DNA from: Eledone cirrhosa
Taxonomy: Eukaryota
Length of the DNA stretch: 64,000 nucleotides
Reading direction: 5' to 3'
Assembly (NCBI GenBank): GCA_964016885.1
Contig: OZ024755.1
Location: forward strand, 34,720,001 to 34,784,000
Part shown: positions 28,306-43,829 of the stretch, piece after piece
How the letters are laid out: every line of letters begins with the position of its first letter
Numbering within the stretch: position 1 is the stretch's first letter
Position numbers and translations under genes: made by a program
The notes under the pieces: model-generated
Seen by the model: the letters and a program-made list of their open reading frames with translations, nothing else
Told to the model about the DNA's origin: nothing
Database searches by the model: none

Positions 28306-30424
28306 ATACATTTTGTTTACAGTATAAGGGTGGCGTGGACAGGAGTAGGCAAGTGGGGGGTATATTTGTCAAGACGTACATACTGCTACCTTTCCCTTCT
28401 TGTGGAATCCGACTTGACTATCATCAATCATATTACCACAAATGAGAAATTGTTTGAAAATCTTGGAAAAGGAGGATCTACATTTGTACATAACAAACAT
28501 TGAACTGGATATTAAGGAGTTGATTTTTCAGGATTAGGGTCAAGAATCTAATTAAGTTAGGATTATGTCAACTCATTGTGTTTAACTTATGTTAAGTTAA
28601 TCAATTATTTTAATATACTTCACTGTTTTATTTAACCCTTTAGCATTCAAACCGGCCAGAATTCTCTCACCTCTTTCTGTTTGAACTGGCTGTAACTGGC
28701 CATTTACAGGAAACAGCTTTTAGACTTATTCTCTCTTATATATTCACCCGGTTCGAACACAAAAGGACCAAACTCCCACTGTCACTACCTCTCCCCATCA
28801 TACTGATGTTAAGGTATTGTTCATAGGCTGACTATGAAGGTGTAATGCTAGAGCTGTAAAATCTTTCATACATTAATTTTAACTCTTCTTCTTAAGAACT
28901 GCAATGTTTCTTTCCAGGGACTATGTTGAAAAATTAGCCTCATTGGTCATTCTATGAGAGTATCTTGGTCATAGGCTGACTGTGAAGGAGCGATGCTAGG
29001 GCTGTGAAATCTTTCATGCATTAATTTCAACTCTTCTTCTTAAGAACTGCATTGTTTCTTTTGAAAAATAAACTTCATTTGGTCATTCCATGAGAGTATA
29101 TTGATCAGTATATGAACTTTTCAGCCACTTGTATACTAATGCCACAACTGAATCTTCTAGCATCCTATTAACCATATCTGTTGAGTACTTTTGTAACAAT
29201 ATGCCTTAGGTTTGATGAATGTATTACATTTCACATATCTATCCCTAACGGCCAATATTAAATATTCTTTCATCATATTTTTCCCTTTCAGAGTTGAGTT
29301 CTCTTTACATAATTTTAGCTTAAGAAAGAGATCACATCCATATGCCTTCAAACATTTTAAGTCTTCATCTTTGATTACTCTCATGCTGGTTTTTACATTT
29401 AACACTAACCAGTCAATGACAGTCAATGCCATTGTGCTTAGGTGTGCTTAAGCACAGGGCCCCGATGGCTGGGGGGTGGGTTCATCTTCCAGAGCATGTA
29501 TGCCTGACTGCCTATGTAGGTCTACCATGCCTACCTCCTTCAGGGCCCAAGTCAGGGGCCTCATAATTTAACTAGCCCAGGGCCTCATCAACGTCATCCT
29601 CATCATCATCATTTTACGTCAGTTTTTCCCTGCTTGCAAGGGTGAGACTATTCAGCACAGCATCTCTCCATTCGTCACGGTCCTTTGCCATCTCCTCCGT
29701 GAGCTTCAGCCATCTGTGGTCTGCTCTCACCACCTCCGCCCATGTTTTTCATGGTCTACCTCTACTGTGATTTCTTGGCAGCGGTCATCCTCCATGCGCA
29801 TCACATGTCCATACTAACGCAGTCTTCTCTCCCACACACTACAACTTGTCCCTCTTATACACAGTTTCTCTCTCAACCCATCTATGCTGGATCCTAAATC
29901 CTGCACTGATGCTTGTAAGTTATTTTATAGCAAATAGTAGTGTCCCTTTCTGAAAAATAAGCTGATGAAACAAGTCACACACTCATTTTGCAGAAACTGC
30001 TAAATTCTGTTATTTACAAGAGATATTCATTCATATATTTTTGCCTTGCATGGCTTGTTTGGCTTCTTAAATAGTATTCTACATTTTATCATGTAGTCTA
30101 ATGTCACACCACTGAATTTTCTAGCTTATACTACAACTATTTGAACACTTTTGTGATAATATGCCTCGACTTAGATGAATTAAGATATGTTATGTTTGAC
30201 ACATGTATATATATATATATGTATAATATATATGTGTGTGTATATATATACTGTTTGTGTGAATATATATATATAATGTTTGTGTTAATACATATATATA
30301 TATATATATCACCATCATCATCATTTAACGTCCATTTTCCATGCTAGCATGGTTTATATATATATATATATATATGTCTATAATGTCTTTGTGTGTATAT
30401 ATATATATATGTCTATAATGTCTT

Positions 30425-30460
<36 letters not shown>

Positions 30461-30474
30461 TATAATGTCTTTGT

Positions 30475-30507
<33 letters not shown>

Positions 30508-31717
30508 ATGTCTTTGTATATATATATATATATAAATATAGACATACTCACACAGAAACAGTTATGTATTTACAAGAAGCTATCAGATTAATAAATCATA
30601 TTTGCCTTTCAACCATGGAGTTTTCTCTCAAGTGATGTTCACTTACCATAAAGAGATTTCTTTTCACACTTGAGTGAATTTCATTGAAAATATGAAAACA
30701 TCATTGATTTGTTGAAAACTTATAATCGTGTATAGACATGACTTTAATAATTTTGTACATTCATCAGTGCATTCAGTGTGATCTTTCTATTTTCTGGTTT
30801 GTTATATGGGTAAATAGAGACATCTTTCTCTCTCACAGTATAATTAGAATATGATAAAAATCATTGAGAAGCATTTGCAAGGTTAAATCTTGGATTTGAT
30901 TCATATTCATCACCATCACCATCACCATCACCATCACCATCACCATCATCATCATCGCCATCATCACCATCATCACCATCGCCACTGTGATCATTATCAT
31001 CACCTTGAGCATTATCATCATCACCATCATCATCATCATCATCATCATCATCACCATCATCACCATCGCCACTGATCATTATCATCACCTTGAGCATTAT
31101 CATCATCACCATCATCATCATCATCACCACTGTGATCATTATCATCATTATCATTGTCATCATCATCATCATCACCATCATCACCGTGATCATTATCATG
31201 ACCCTAACCATCATCATCATCATCATCATCACCATCATCACCATGATCATTATCATCATCACCATCGTCATCATCATCATCACCATCATCATCATCACCG
31301 TAACCATCATCATCATCATCACCATTCATCGTCAGCATACTCATCATGACTACCCCCCCCCCCATCACCATCATCATCACCATCACCATCATCATTTCCC
31401 ATCTGTTTTCTCTACTAACAAGAGTTTGATAGGTTGTCACAGACCAAGTCATTATTTAGTCAGCGCTGCTAACCTCACAGATTGGCCAGTGTCCTACTTT
31501 TTATTTATATTTCGACATATTTGGAGAAATTGTTCTTCTCACTCCACATAATGACGTAATTATCTTTGCATATTTTTCAATCATCACGAGAGAATATATT
31601 TGCGTACCAATATTATGTCTTCCTGTTTTCTAAAGGCAATACATATATGCATGCATGCATGCATGCATGCATGCATACATGCATACATACATACATACAT
31701 ACATACATACATACATA

Positions 31718-31893
31718 GCTTCATACCCATCATTATTGGTGCTACGGGTTATATACCAACCCGCTTGGACCAAAGTATGACCGAACTTGGATTTGCGGAC
31801 AAAAAGCGCAGCTCCCTAATTCATAGTCTACAAATGGCTGCGATAGCTGGCACCTTCAAGATATGCAAAACATTCTTGCGATTCAAGGGATGA
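31718..31893 (+). mobile_element. R4/Dong-like LINE C-terminal (RLE) remnant
   Basis: IPIIIGATGYIP...LQMAAIAGTFKICKTFL. Confidence 0.7.
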
Positions 31894-32789
31894 CAATTTC
31901 TTTTCTTTTACAACCTTGCCACCAGGAAGGTGGCCGGTCAAAAAAATATACTCGAAATTAAGAGAAAGAGAAAACATACATACATACATACATACATGAT
32001 GGCTGCAAACTCTGCTAAGAGTATTGCAATCACTTGTCAGATTATAGAGTTTGGTGCACTTTTAGGCTACGGCCAGCCACACAAACCTGTAACAGATCTT
32101 GAACAAGCAATGCCTGTGCTTTGAATGTTTTTTTAAGTGGGGAAAGGCCTTGCACTCGACCAATCCCACTCTCTGAGCATCAAAAACACTCCCAAAAAGG
32201 AGAACTGGTCAACATCATCGGATGCTTCCAAAGCTGCAGGTTTTTTTTTTTCAGAGTTTCTCTCTCATAGAAAGGTGTTGTGACAACAACTGGGGGCCTT
32301 TCACTCCCAGGTGAAAAAAGAAAAAATACTATTTGGATGGCCGTTGACTCTGCTGAGTTCCTCCACCCTTTGCTGGGTCTTGAATTTCATCCTACAGTGT
32401 GTCCAAATATCACCCTCCTCACCTAACAAGCATGGTGGGGTTGCCGGTTTAGTCACCGACGATCCGACCATGAGATAGGTTGTACATACATACATACATA
32501 CATAACTATTAGATAAGTACTTCTCCAGCATTATATGAGTATATTTAAGAAATGCTGTATGTAGAAATAAAGTGGCATTCCCACCTCAGCCAATAATATA
32601 AGATCTAGTCTGTGATAAGAGAAATACAATTTATCTCCATCAACAAGAATCTTAAGATTGATACCAGATGCAAATCAGAATGGTGAAAGGAAGATTTATA
32701 CACAGACATGTAAAGCACACTGTTTCATTTAATTGAAAACAGTGATTAATAGTTACTCCCTGGAAAAAAAAAACAACTTAACAACCTCC

Positions 32790-33091
32790 CATCAGTAACA
32801 ACAATGGAGCTAAAGGCGAGCGAAGCACTGTCCCCTGGAGCAGATACAAACTATGCAGTGTGGAAATGCCTAAACAGACCAAGATGTGGTGTTGGACGTG
32901 CAAAAGCCAATCTTGCAAAATGGGGATATTTAAAGGATGGGGATGTTGTGTGTGACTGCATCATCGAACCACAGACTACACAGCACCTCTTGATATGCCT
33001 CCTGCTGGAACACCCTTGCACAGCTTTGGACTTGGCAGAGTTTAATGAGAAAGAACAGCAATATGTTCAGCTGTGGTGGAATCACATCTAG
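32790..33091 (+). mobile_element. LINE 3' end with CCHC knuckle (RTE/RTEX-like)
   Basis: WKCLNRPRCGVGR..LAKWGY..CDC...QTTQHLLIC; related pieces at 33210-33380 and 34410-34625 (minus). Confidence 0.7.
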
Positions 33092-35679
33092 CCAAGCTTT
33101 GTAGCTGACACACTTGTGGATAGAAGAACTGTACATTAGATAATGCAGTCCCAGATACACTATGCCTGATAGCCACTTATACTAACTACTGTATGTGCAA
33201 AAGTCACTCTTGTAAAATGAGGATATTTAAAGGATGAGGAAGTTGTGTGTTACTGCAGCATCGGACACCACAGACTACACAGCATTTGACTTGGCAGAGT
33301 TTAATAAGAAAGAACAGCAATGTGTTCAGCAGTCCACATCTAGCCAAGGTTTGTAATTGAAACTCTTGTGGACACGACAAAAAGAAGGATAACATAATCC
33401 AATTACATTTGGTGGCTAAAATAGAACAACATAGATCTGAGGAGAGTACAAACCTATTAGAAATAGCATAGTATGCTATCAGTTACGCAAAACATAAAAT
33501 TTTCTAGCTCATCTATTTTATTTCTAAATAAATTAATAATTGAAATATGTTCTCTTCAGAAATATTACTCCTTTTCTATTTGTACAATGTAATTCTTTTG
33601 ATGTAGTCATTCAATGTAAAATAAACAACCCCCAAAATTAACTTTGAGATATCTCCCTTCAAAAAAATTGTAAATGTGCATGGGATACAAGTTTGGAATT
33701 ATATGGAATATGAAATGATGAGGTGTGTATTAATGACTTTCTGGATTTATAGTGTGTGTATCATATGAAACACACCTGAAAAACTCTACAGGTATTTACA
33801 TAATATAATGACTATATTTAATAGTGAGTTCTCCCTGGCTAATTTCATGTTCATAAAGAATACAATCTATCTATCTATTTACTCATCTATCCATGCATCT
33901 CTCCCTCTCTCTGTATCTCTCTATCTACCTACCTATCTGTCCCCCTCCCTCTCTCTCTCTCTCTATGTATATATATATACATATATATATATATACATAT
34001 AAATATATATATATACATATATATATACATATATATATACACATATATATATATATATGTGTGTGTGTGTGTCCATCCTTTAAAGTAAAGCCACTATATA
34101 TAATATGCCACACTATATATAATATACCACACTATATATATACACCACACTATATATATATACAACATTATATACACACTATATGATGGTGAACTGGCAG
34201 TATCGGTAGAGGGTCGGACGCCATGCTTTCTAGCATAGTTACGTCCCTTTACGGTCAGAGTTCAAATCCCGCCGAGGTTGACTTTGCCTTTCATCCTTAC
34301 GGGGTAGATAAAATAAGGTACCAGTAATGTACTGGGTAATTGCTGGCCTTGTGCCAATAGTAGAAACAATTATATATACACTATATACATATACAAGAAT
34401 AAATAAGCATCTTCTTGTGTCCACAAGAGTGTCAGTTACAAATCTTGGCTAGATATGGTTCCGCCACTGCTGAAGACATTGTTGTCCTTTATCATTAAAC
34501 TCTGCCAAGTCCAATGCTGTGTAGGGGTGTTCCAGCAGGGGGCATATCAGGGGGAGCTGCATAGTTTGTGGTTCGATGACGTGGTCACACACAACATCCT
34601 CATCTTTTAAATATCCCCATTTAGAATGATGTTACATCCAGGAGCAGAGATCCCCAACTCACAAAGGGACAACTGGGTACATGGGCACTCAAGCACCTAA
34701 ATGAGTATTTCCATATCCCTAAGCGTATCTCTCTCTATATATACATACATATATATGTGTAGTGCTAGGAAGGGCATCCAGCTGTAGATACCTAACCAAA
34801 ATCAGTTCTGTATGAGCAAGACATGGTCACCTCACCTGGCATTGCTCACAACAGGATAACTCATCTAACCCATGCCAGCGTGAAAAAATGGACGTTAATT
34901 GGTGATGATGATGATGTGTTTGTGTGTGTGAGCATGTGTCTGTGTTTATGTGTGTATATGGAGAAATGGTGTGAGAGAGAGAGAAATTGGTATACACATA
35001 TAGATATGGCTTTTAACCCTTTAGCATTTAAAATGGCCGTTACAGCCAGAATTCTCTCACCTCTTTCTGTTCAAACCGGCTGTAACCAGCCACTCATACT
35101 GAGGTTAAGGTATTGTTCACAAAATAAATAACATCAAAATCTCATAGATTTGATATTATGTGAGATAATTATGTGAGATAAAGCCTTTACCACAAAAATA
35201 AAATAGTACATATAGAGTAATTGTTTCTACTTTTGGCACAAGGCCAGCAATTACCCAGTACATTACTGGTACTTTATTTTATCGACCTCTGTATGGATGA
35301 AAGGCAAAGTTAACCTCGGCGGGATTTGAACTCAGATCGTAAAGGGACGTAACTATGCTGGAAAGCATGGCGTCCGACTCTCTACCGATACTGCCAATCC
35401 AAGAGTAATGTAAATGGTAAAGGGTCAATGAAGATGGTTAATTCCTCTGTATTGTAATGTCTGGGGCCTGTTTTATCTTAGGAAAAATATAGTTCGTTTT
35501 TATGGAACTAATCTAACTTTGGTTGAAGAAAGTTTTGGAAAAATTTAACATACATTATTGGGTAGCATATAGTATTAGCGAATCTAGTAGTTAGTATCAT
35601 AACATTCCTAAAACTAACAGAATTGTGTGTGTGTGTGCGTGTGTATACACTTATATATGTATATATATAAGTATGTGCA

Positions 35680-35719
<40 letters not shown>

Positions 35720-35789
35720 TATATATGCACATATATGTACAGGCCTATGATCATCATTTTTATGCTCGTTTTTTTTCAAGCTTGTATAT

Positions 35790-35828
<39 letters not shown>

Positions 35829-36081
35829 CATACATGCATATATATATATATACATGCACATATATGTATAGGCCTATGATCATCATTTTTATGTGCGTTT
35901 TTTTTTCAACCTTGTATATATTTATACATTATATACATATATATATATGAATACATACATACATGCATATATATACATATACACAAATACATACATATAC
36001 ACATATACATATACACACACACAAATGCATACATATACACACACACACACACACACATATACATATATATACACACACACA

Positions 36082-36121
<40 letters not shown>

Positions 36122-36378
36122 TATATATATACACACTTATAAGCATAGATGCATAAAATAATGTACTCTCACAGACACATACGTACACATATATGTATAT
36201 ATTGAAAAATATTCTTGCTTCTCAAATTATAGATATTATACTGACACTACTATTAGATGATACTTGCATGTGCAGGGCTTACACTAACCATATATTTATC
36301 TCTTACACATAGATATATACACACAAATTTTAAGGTTTCAATACATTTCTACACTTCTGCCTTTCTACCTTACTCTCC

Positions 36379-36427
<49 letters not shown>

Positions 36428-36432
36428 TACAT

Positions 36433-36463
<31 letters not shown>

Positions 36464-37109
36464 AATTTATATATACACACACATATATATATATATATAA
36501 ATTTATATATACATATATACACACACATATATATATATGAATATATATATACATATATACACACACATATATATGTATGAATATATATATACATATATAC
36601 ACACATATATATATATATAAATATATATATACATATATACACACACATATATATATATGTAAATATATATATACATATACACACACACATATATATATAA
36701 ATATATATATATACATATATACACACATATATATATAAATATATACATATATACACACATATATATATAAATATATATATACATATATACACACATATAT
36801 ATATATAAATATATATATACATATATACACACATATATACACACATATATATATATAAATATATATATACATATATACACACATACATATATAAATATAT
36901 ATACACACATATATATATATATAAATATATATATACATATATACACACACATATATATATAAATATATATACATATATACACACACATATATATATATAA
37001 ATATATATACACACATATATATATATATAAATATATATACACACATATATATATATATATAAATATATATATACATATATACACACACATATATATATAT
37101 CATCATCAT

Positions 37110-37557
37110 CATCATCATCAACGTTTAACGTCCGTGTTCCACGCTTGCATGGGTTTGGACGGGGGTAGTCCCACTTGAGGCAAGAGTGATTGTCTTGCTC
37201 GCATAGGACTGTCTGGCAGGTTTTCTACAGTTGGATGCCCTTCCTAACACCAACCACATTTACAGTGTGGGTCTGGGAGGTTTTTACCGTGTTGCCTACA
37301 CGGCCACATTACAGCGTGGACTGTGTGTTTTTTTGTCGTGACACCTACACGATCTCATTTGTTTCGGCCTCGATGGCGCGGCACCAACATAACTTTACAT
37401 AGAACGGGGTGGTGTGGATGGGGTGGGGGTGGTGGTGGTGGGACGGGGTGTATTTTGTTAGAGATGCCTACTGGTTGGAGTAGGTTTTACTATATATTTA
37501 GGTAAGGCGGGTCTTCTCTGTTACTGAGTACCGCCAAAGGTCTCGGTCCAGTGACAT
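37110..37557 (-). mobile_element. 5'-truncated copy of the 18023 RTE 3' end
   Basis: Near-identical to 18025-18468; further copies at 56310-56545 and, inverted, 37725-38010. Confidence 0.88.
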
Positions 37558-37592
37558 TATATATAAATATATATACATATATACACACATAT

Positions 37593-37653
<61 letters not shown>

Positions 37654-38091
37654 TATATATATAATATATATATATAATATATATATAATATATATAATAT
37701 ATATAATATATATATATATATAATATGTTGGTGCCACAACATCCAGGCCGAAACAAATGAGATCGTGTAGGTGTCACGACAAAAAAACACACAGTCCACG
37801 CTGTAATGTGGCCGTGTAGGCAACACGGTAAAAACCTCCCAGTCCACACTGTAAATGTGGTTGGTGTTAGGAAGGGCATCCAGCTGTAGAAAACCCGCCA
37901 GATAGTCCTATGCGAGCAAGATAATCACTCTTGCCTCAAGTGGGAAAACTCCCGTCCAAACCCATGCAAGTGTGGAACATGGACGTTAAACGATGATGAT
38001 GATGATGATGATGAATATATATATATATATATAATATATATATAATCATCATCATCATCATTTTACGTCCGCTTTTCCCTGCTTGCAAGGG

Positions 38092-38153
<62 letters not shown>

Positions 38154-38342
38154 ATATGCCTGATATATGTATCTATGTATATGTATATACATATATATAT
38201 ATATATGGTATATATATATATGTATACATATATATATATTATATATATATATATACTCCAGTTCTACCAACTGTTGAGTGCTACTTATCTGATATATGCA
38301 TAGTTTATTGTTCTACAATATTACTCACCTTCTCTCTCTCTC

Positions 38343-38423
<81 letters not shown>

Positions 38424-39204
38424 CTATATACACACATATACATACATATATATACATTTAATTCTACCTACCAACTTATAGTTAACTCTATGATGTGTTT
38501 ATATTAAAAAAAATTGCAGAAATATTTTCACAAAGAGGAATGTATATAATTATATATCCTGAAAATTGAAGGAAAAAACACCCAAAATAAAGCAAAATAA
38601 AAGCCAAAGTGAAAAAAGATTGCCTCTACCATAGACATACAGAATATATTTGATCTTTTGTTTAATCTTATTTTAAATCTCACATGGTTTAGATAGTATA
38701 TCAATTTAACTGCTGCTTTCAATTTTATTACTGATTAAACCTTCTTCACTGTCAGAGTGAGCTTTTGATTTATCTCATCTTTTCCAGTGGATATGTCTAT
38801 GTTTTTGTTTTCTATAGATAGGTAGCTGTCTATATATGTAGCTGTCTATGTCTGTTTTAATTTTGTTTTTTTTTCATGTCTAGATATGTATCAATGTACT
38901 TTTTGGCATATAAAGTATATAGGTACCAATCTATATATTTTATTTTCCATATGTGGATAGATATCTATAGAGGTAGCTTTCTATGTCTAGTTAGATATGT
39001 ATCAATGTACTTTCTGGTATATGAAATATATAAGTACCAATCTCTATATTCTATTTTTCATATGTGTTGTCTATATAGGTAGCTGTCTATGTCTATATTT
39101 TTTCATGTCTAGATATGTGTCGATGTGTTAATACTTTGTGGCATATAAAGTATGTACGTACCAATCTATATATCCTTTTTCATATATGGATAAGTGTCTA
39201 TATT

Positions 39205-39257
<53 letters not shown>

Positions 39258-39324
39258 CTGTAGATTAGATATCTATCTATCTAGAGTGGGTAAAATTCTC
39301 GAGATCCATGGACGAGTTCTCTCC

Positions 39325-39840
39325 AGCGGTCTCTGACCTTCATCATCACTGCCATGTCCTGCATCTCCCAGAAACCAGTGTCTGTCCTTAGGGCATCAAC
39401 ATATGTTAACCCCGGTCTCCCTCTTCTAGTGTGTCCATGCAGGGGCTCCCACAGTACCACAGCTGAGTCTGTCCTTCATCATTGCCGCCATGTCCTGCAT
39501 CTCCCAGAGACCAGTGTCTGTCCTTAGGGCATCAACATATGTTAACCTCGGTCTCCCTCTTCTAGTGTGTCCATGCAGGGGCTCCCACAGGACCACAGCT
39601 GAGTCTGTCCTTCATCATTGCCGCCATGTCCTGTGTCTCCCAGAAACCAGTGTCTGTCCTTAGGGCATCAACATATATTAACCTCGGTCTCCCTCTTCTA
39701 GTGTGTCCATGCAGAGGCTCCCACAAGAGCACTGGGTGCAGTGTCAACTCTGAATGTCAGTGAGCATGTCCAGCTAACCTCAGTCTCCTCCATGTTACTT
39801 CAAGCTGACTCTTGGGAGGCTCCCGTACAACCCTGAGTTC
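39325..39840 (-). mobile_element. RTE LINE fragment with ~3 x 130-bp tandem duplication
   Basis: VLLWEPLHGHTRRGRPRLIYVDAL..DTG repeated. Confidence 0.8.
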
Positions 39841-41264
39841 TTCCTGCTCAGTCTATACTGATTAGATATAGATGTATATATAAGTTTTCAATGTTATTAT
39901 TGGCTGAGCCTTCTACAATCTAGTGACATGACTATGTCTAAATAGATGTTACATTTTGTTTCATGTACATTATATTCCAGAAAAAAAACAATTTATTTTA
40001 TAGAAAGACGGGCCAAAATTACTATCTCATATAAAAGTAAAACTTTTTTCAGAACCATGTGAACTAAATAAAACAATTATGACCCATACTAGTGATGGCC
40101 AACATGGATATCTGCAGTTATGGACCATTTCTTGACATTCACTCTACTTAATGTTAACTCTTTAGCAGTTACATTACTCTATTTTTACTATTTCATGGAT
40201 GTTATCCAACCATCTTGCTGGGGGTCTACCCTTGGGCTTTCTACCTGTTGGTTTCAGCGATAAAATCTGTCCAGTGATTTTTTCCTGAGACATTCTAATC
40301 ATACCATATTCCCATAGTATGGAGCTGTGATCTCTCAATTCGGAGAAGTAGCAGCTCTACCTGGAGTGACTCTCTGATCTCTGAGCTACGCACTTTATCG
40401 AGTAATGTTACTCGAAAGACCCTTAAAAATGATGATGATGATGATTTATGATGGATCCTCTATTTGGTTTGGAGGAGGAGTATTCATTTGTTTGATCGAT
40501 TCAGGATCCAACTTGTAAATTAACAAGGAAGGCACGGTTACAACAACGAGTTTTCCAGTTGATCCAATCAATGGAACAGCCTGCTCATGAAATCAACATG
40601 CAAGTGACTGACCATTCCACAAACATGTGTACCCTTCATGTAGTTCTCAGGGATATTTGGTGTGACACAGAATGTTACAAGACTGTCCCTTCAAAGTACA
40701 GGTACAACTGAAATAAAGTGTCTTGCTCAAAGACATAGCGCACTGCCAGGAATCAACTCACTGCCTTACATTCGTCAGCTGAATTCTCTAACCAAAAAGC
40801 CATGCAGCTTCTAACAAGTAAAGTGGTTGAGTATTCCACAGACACATGTGCTGATAAGGTCAGTATGATGCAATATATGACAAGGCTGGACATTTGAATT
40901 ACAAACACAATCCATTCAATTGGCTTCCATACAATTTCTGATGAATTAGTTTAATCTTCAGCTCACTGAATTTTTTTATGAATAATTTCCCTTGATACTG
41001 CATTATGTATTAAAGGGTGACTACTATATTGTTGCAATTTGTTGCCAACAGTGTGTTAAAGGTTAACTCACAAACAGGGTCTTCGCTTCCCTTAAAAAGG
41101 AGCATAAATTGCTTATTGTGCCTTTCCCCGGACCCTATCACATAAGTAAAATTTTACGCTAATTAAATTTTATATATTCAAATGAAGTTCAGATATAAAA
41201 AAATAAGCTTAAAAAGAATTTATTATATCAAATAAACAAAAAATAAGATAGAGGCGTTTGAAAC

Positions 41265-41295
<31 letters not shown>

Positions 41296-42267
41296 CTTGT
41301 CCCCTGGTACCCCCCTGAAATAAGGCCTTTGCTCACAAGGCTTGGTTTGACACAATGCTATGGTAAAAATACTTGCCCAAGGTGACATGCACTGGAATTA
41401 AACCTAGAATATCATGATTTATGAAACAAATTTATTAACCTCTCAGCTATGTCTACATCAGGTATTTATAGCATTTATACAACAGAATTTTGCAAGTCAT
41501 TTTGCTGATTAAACGAGTTTAAATAATTAATTGGTGTTATTTTAGATAAACTCTGTGATTAAATCAGTCAATAGACGTTAGTTAACAAAATAAATAAATA
41601 ATCATTGAATGTCAACAGATCTAAACTTGTGATATTCAATTCTAGAAACAGCTAATTTATAAAAGAAAACTTTCTAATGAAAGTCAATAAACTTTCTTTA
41701 AGCAGCCACATAAACCATCTTTGTTAATATATTGGTTTTTAACTTGTGTAGAAATAAGAGGTAGGATTTGAATTTGCAACATGAAGAAATATATCAGTGT
41801 ATTTCTTGGTGTATCTTTGCTATGTGTATCCTGGCTTTTAGAATATGTTCACTGCATTCCTGCGTGTCATAAGAGGTAACTAAAAGGTCTGGTGTCAAGA
41901 AGGACATCTTGGAGGTTTGGCAGAAAAATATTCATTTGTTTGATGAACTGAGAATCTAAGTTGTAAATTAACAAGGAAGTAAGGCACTCTGTCTTTACAA
42001 CAACAAGTGTTCCAGTTGATCTCATCAACAGAACAGCCTGCTCCTGAAATATATCAGTGTATTTCTTGGTGTATCTTTGCTATGTGTATCCTGGCTTTTA
42101 GAATATGTTCACTGCATTCCTGCGTGTCATAAGAGGTGACTAAAAGGTATGGTGTCAAGAAGGACATCTTGCTGTAAAACATTGTCAGAAAACACTCTGT
42201 CCAACCCATACCAACATAAAAAAGTGGACATAAAAACGATGAGGGTGATGATGATGATAATGATGAT

Positions 42268-42567
42268 TGTTGTGTCTACATTAATGCTTCTCTCCTATTC
42301 TCACCTATCCATATTTATTGCCTTTCTTTCATTACGCGTAACACGTTCCAGCCACTTATTGGCCACTCATCGGCCAATCGCACACACTCTTCATATTGAT
42401 TGGTTCACCCGTCCAATAAGACCTAGGACTCAATGTGCGCGCACACGCATGTGAACGTGACACTATACTCTGTACATCGCGCTCTGCTTGTGGCTCCATG
42501 CCATCCTGTTTAATACAACTTCCTACCGTCTTTACACTTGTTCTTACCTGGGAATCCGTACATAACA
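42268..42567 (+). mobile_element. 5' LTR of a Ty3/Gypsy element
   Basis: TGTTGTGT...ACATAACA inverted termini, then PBS-like TGGCATCGCC at 42570 and gag. Confidence 0.75.
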
Positions 42568-42631
42568 ATTGGCATCGCCGTGGTTACCTGCTACTTTTTT
42601 CACAAATTAGATCATTTTCTGAAAAATCAGT

Positions 42632-43829
42632 ATGAATCAACCCCCCTTGAATTACTTCTGGGTTGATGAATTCGCCCGACCGACCACGCAGAAATGGACA
42701 TCGTGGAGGAAGGAATTGTTTAATTACTTCAGCCTTCTTCTGGTGTTCAAGCCATCCATTGCGCTGACAGACGACTCCAAATTAACCTTAATGCGCCATT
42801 ATCTTGGTGAAGCCAGTCGCCAGGAGTTCGACTGCCACAATTTCAAGAATGTGGATGCAGCTATTTACGAACTCGATTGCCTGTGGGGGGCAACACAAAA
42901 CGTTTTCTTCACGAGGCATCAATCCAGTCGCCTTCAACAAGACCGCTGTGAGTCGGCTGATAGTTTTATCTGAAAACTGCGCAAAAGGTTACCGAATGTG
43001 AATACAAAAGTCTAACTAAGTCCAAAATTAAAGACGCTATGTTAATACAGCAACTAATCTCCGGCATTGAAAGCGGTAGTACACGAGAGGCGCTTTTAAA
43101 CGAGGATTCACGCACCTTATCTTTCGACAAAGCCTGTAATATAGTTCGCTGCAAAGAAAGTATTAAGTCTCAAGTGAAGACTTTCAAACAAGAAGAACAG
43201 CATAACATTGATAAGGTTGCTCTAGAGCAAAGTAAAATTTCAATGCAATCCAACAGCAAATGTTTCCGCTGTGGGAATCCTGGTCATAAGGCGACCTTTC
43301 CCCAATGCCCCGCCAGAAATTCAATTTGTTGGAACTGTGGGAAGAGGGGTCATTTTGCCAAGTGCTGGCATAGCAAAACAGTTCACCGTATTGAAGAAGC
43401 AATAGAAACCGAAAACGATGTTACAATATATTCAATCATCAGTCAGCTTACTGCCGAGAATGATCATGAGCCTAAGCTTCCTAAAGCCGATTGTCGGCAC
43501 GTTAGTCGGCTGATGGTAAAAATGCCATGTTATTGATGGAGCTCGATTCAGCATCTCCAATTACCATAGCCCCTGAAACTTTTTATCAGTCACACTTCAG
43601 TCAGTCGCCTTTACTTCGTACCGCCCACAAGTTCTTGAGCTATTCTGATGACTCCATCGGCATTCGCAGATTTTTCTTTGCCAACATTCAAGTAGAAATG
43701 AATTCTGCCTATAAGATTGCAGTTTATGTTGGCCCAAGACAATGTAAACCGTTGTTAGGTCGTAATGCCAGGGTCCCACTTAGAATCTCGCCTAAGCTAG
43801 AGAACGTTTCTAACTCTACACCGTTAAAC
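42632..43829 (+). pseudogene. Gypsy gag (two CCHC knuckles) and aspartic protease, disrupted
   Basis: CFRCGNPGH..CPARNSICWNCGKRGHFAKC; MELDSASPITI and PLLGRN protease motifs. Confidence 0.88.
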
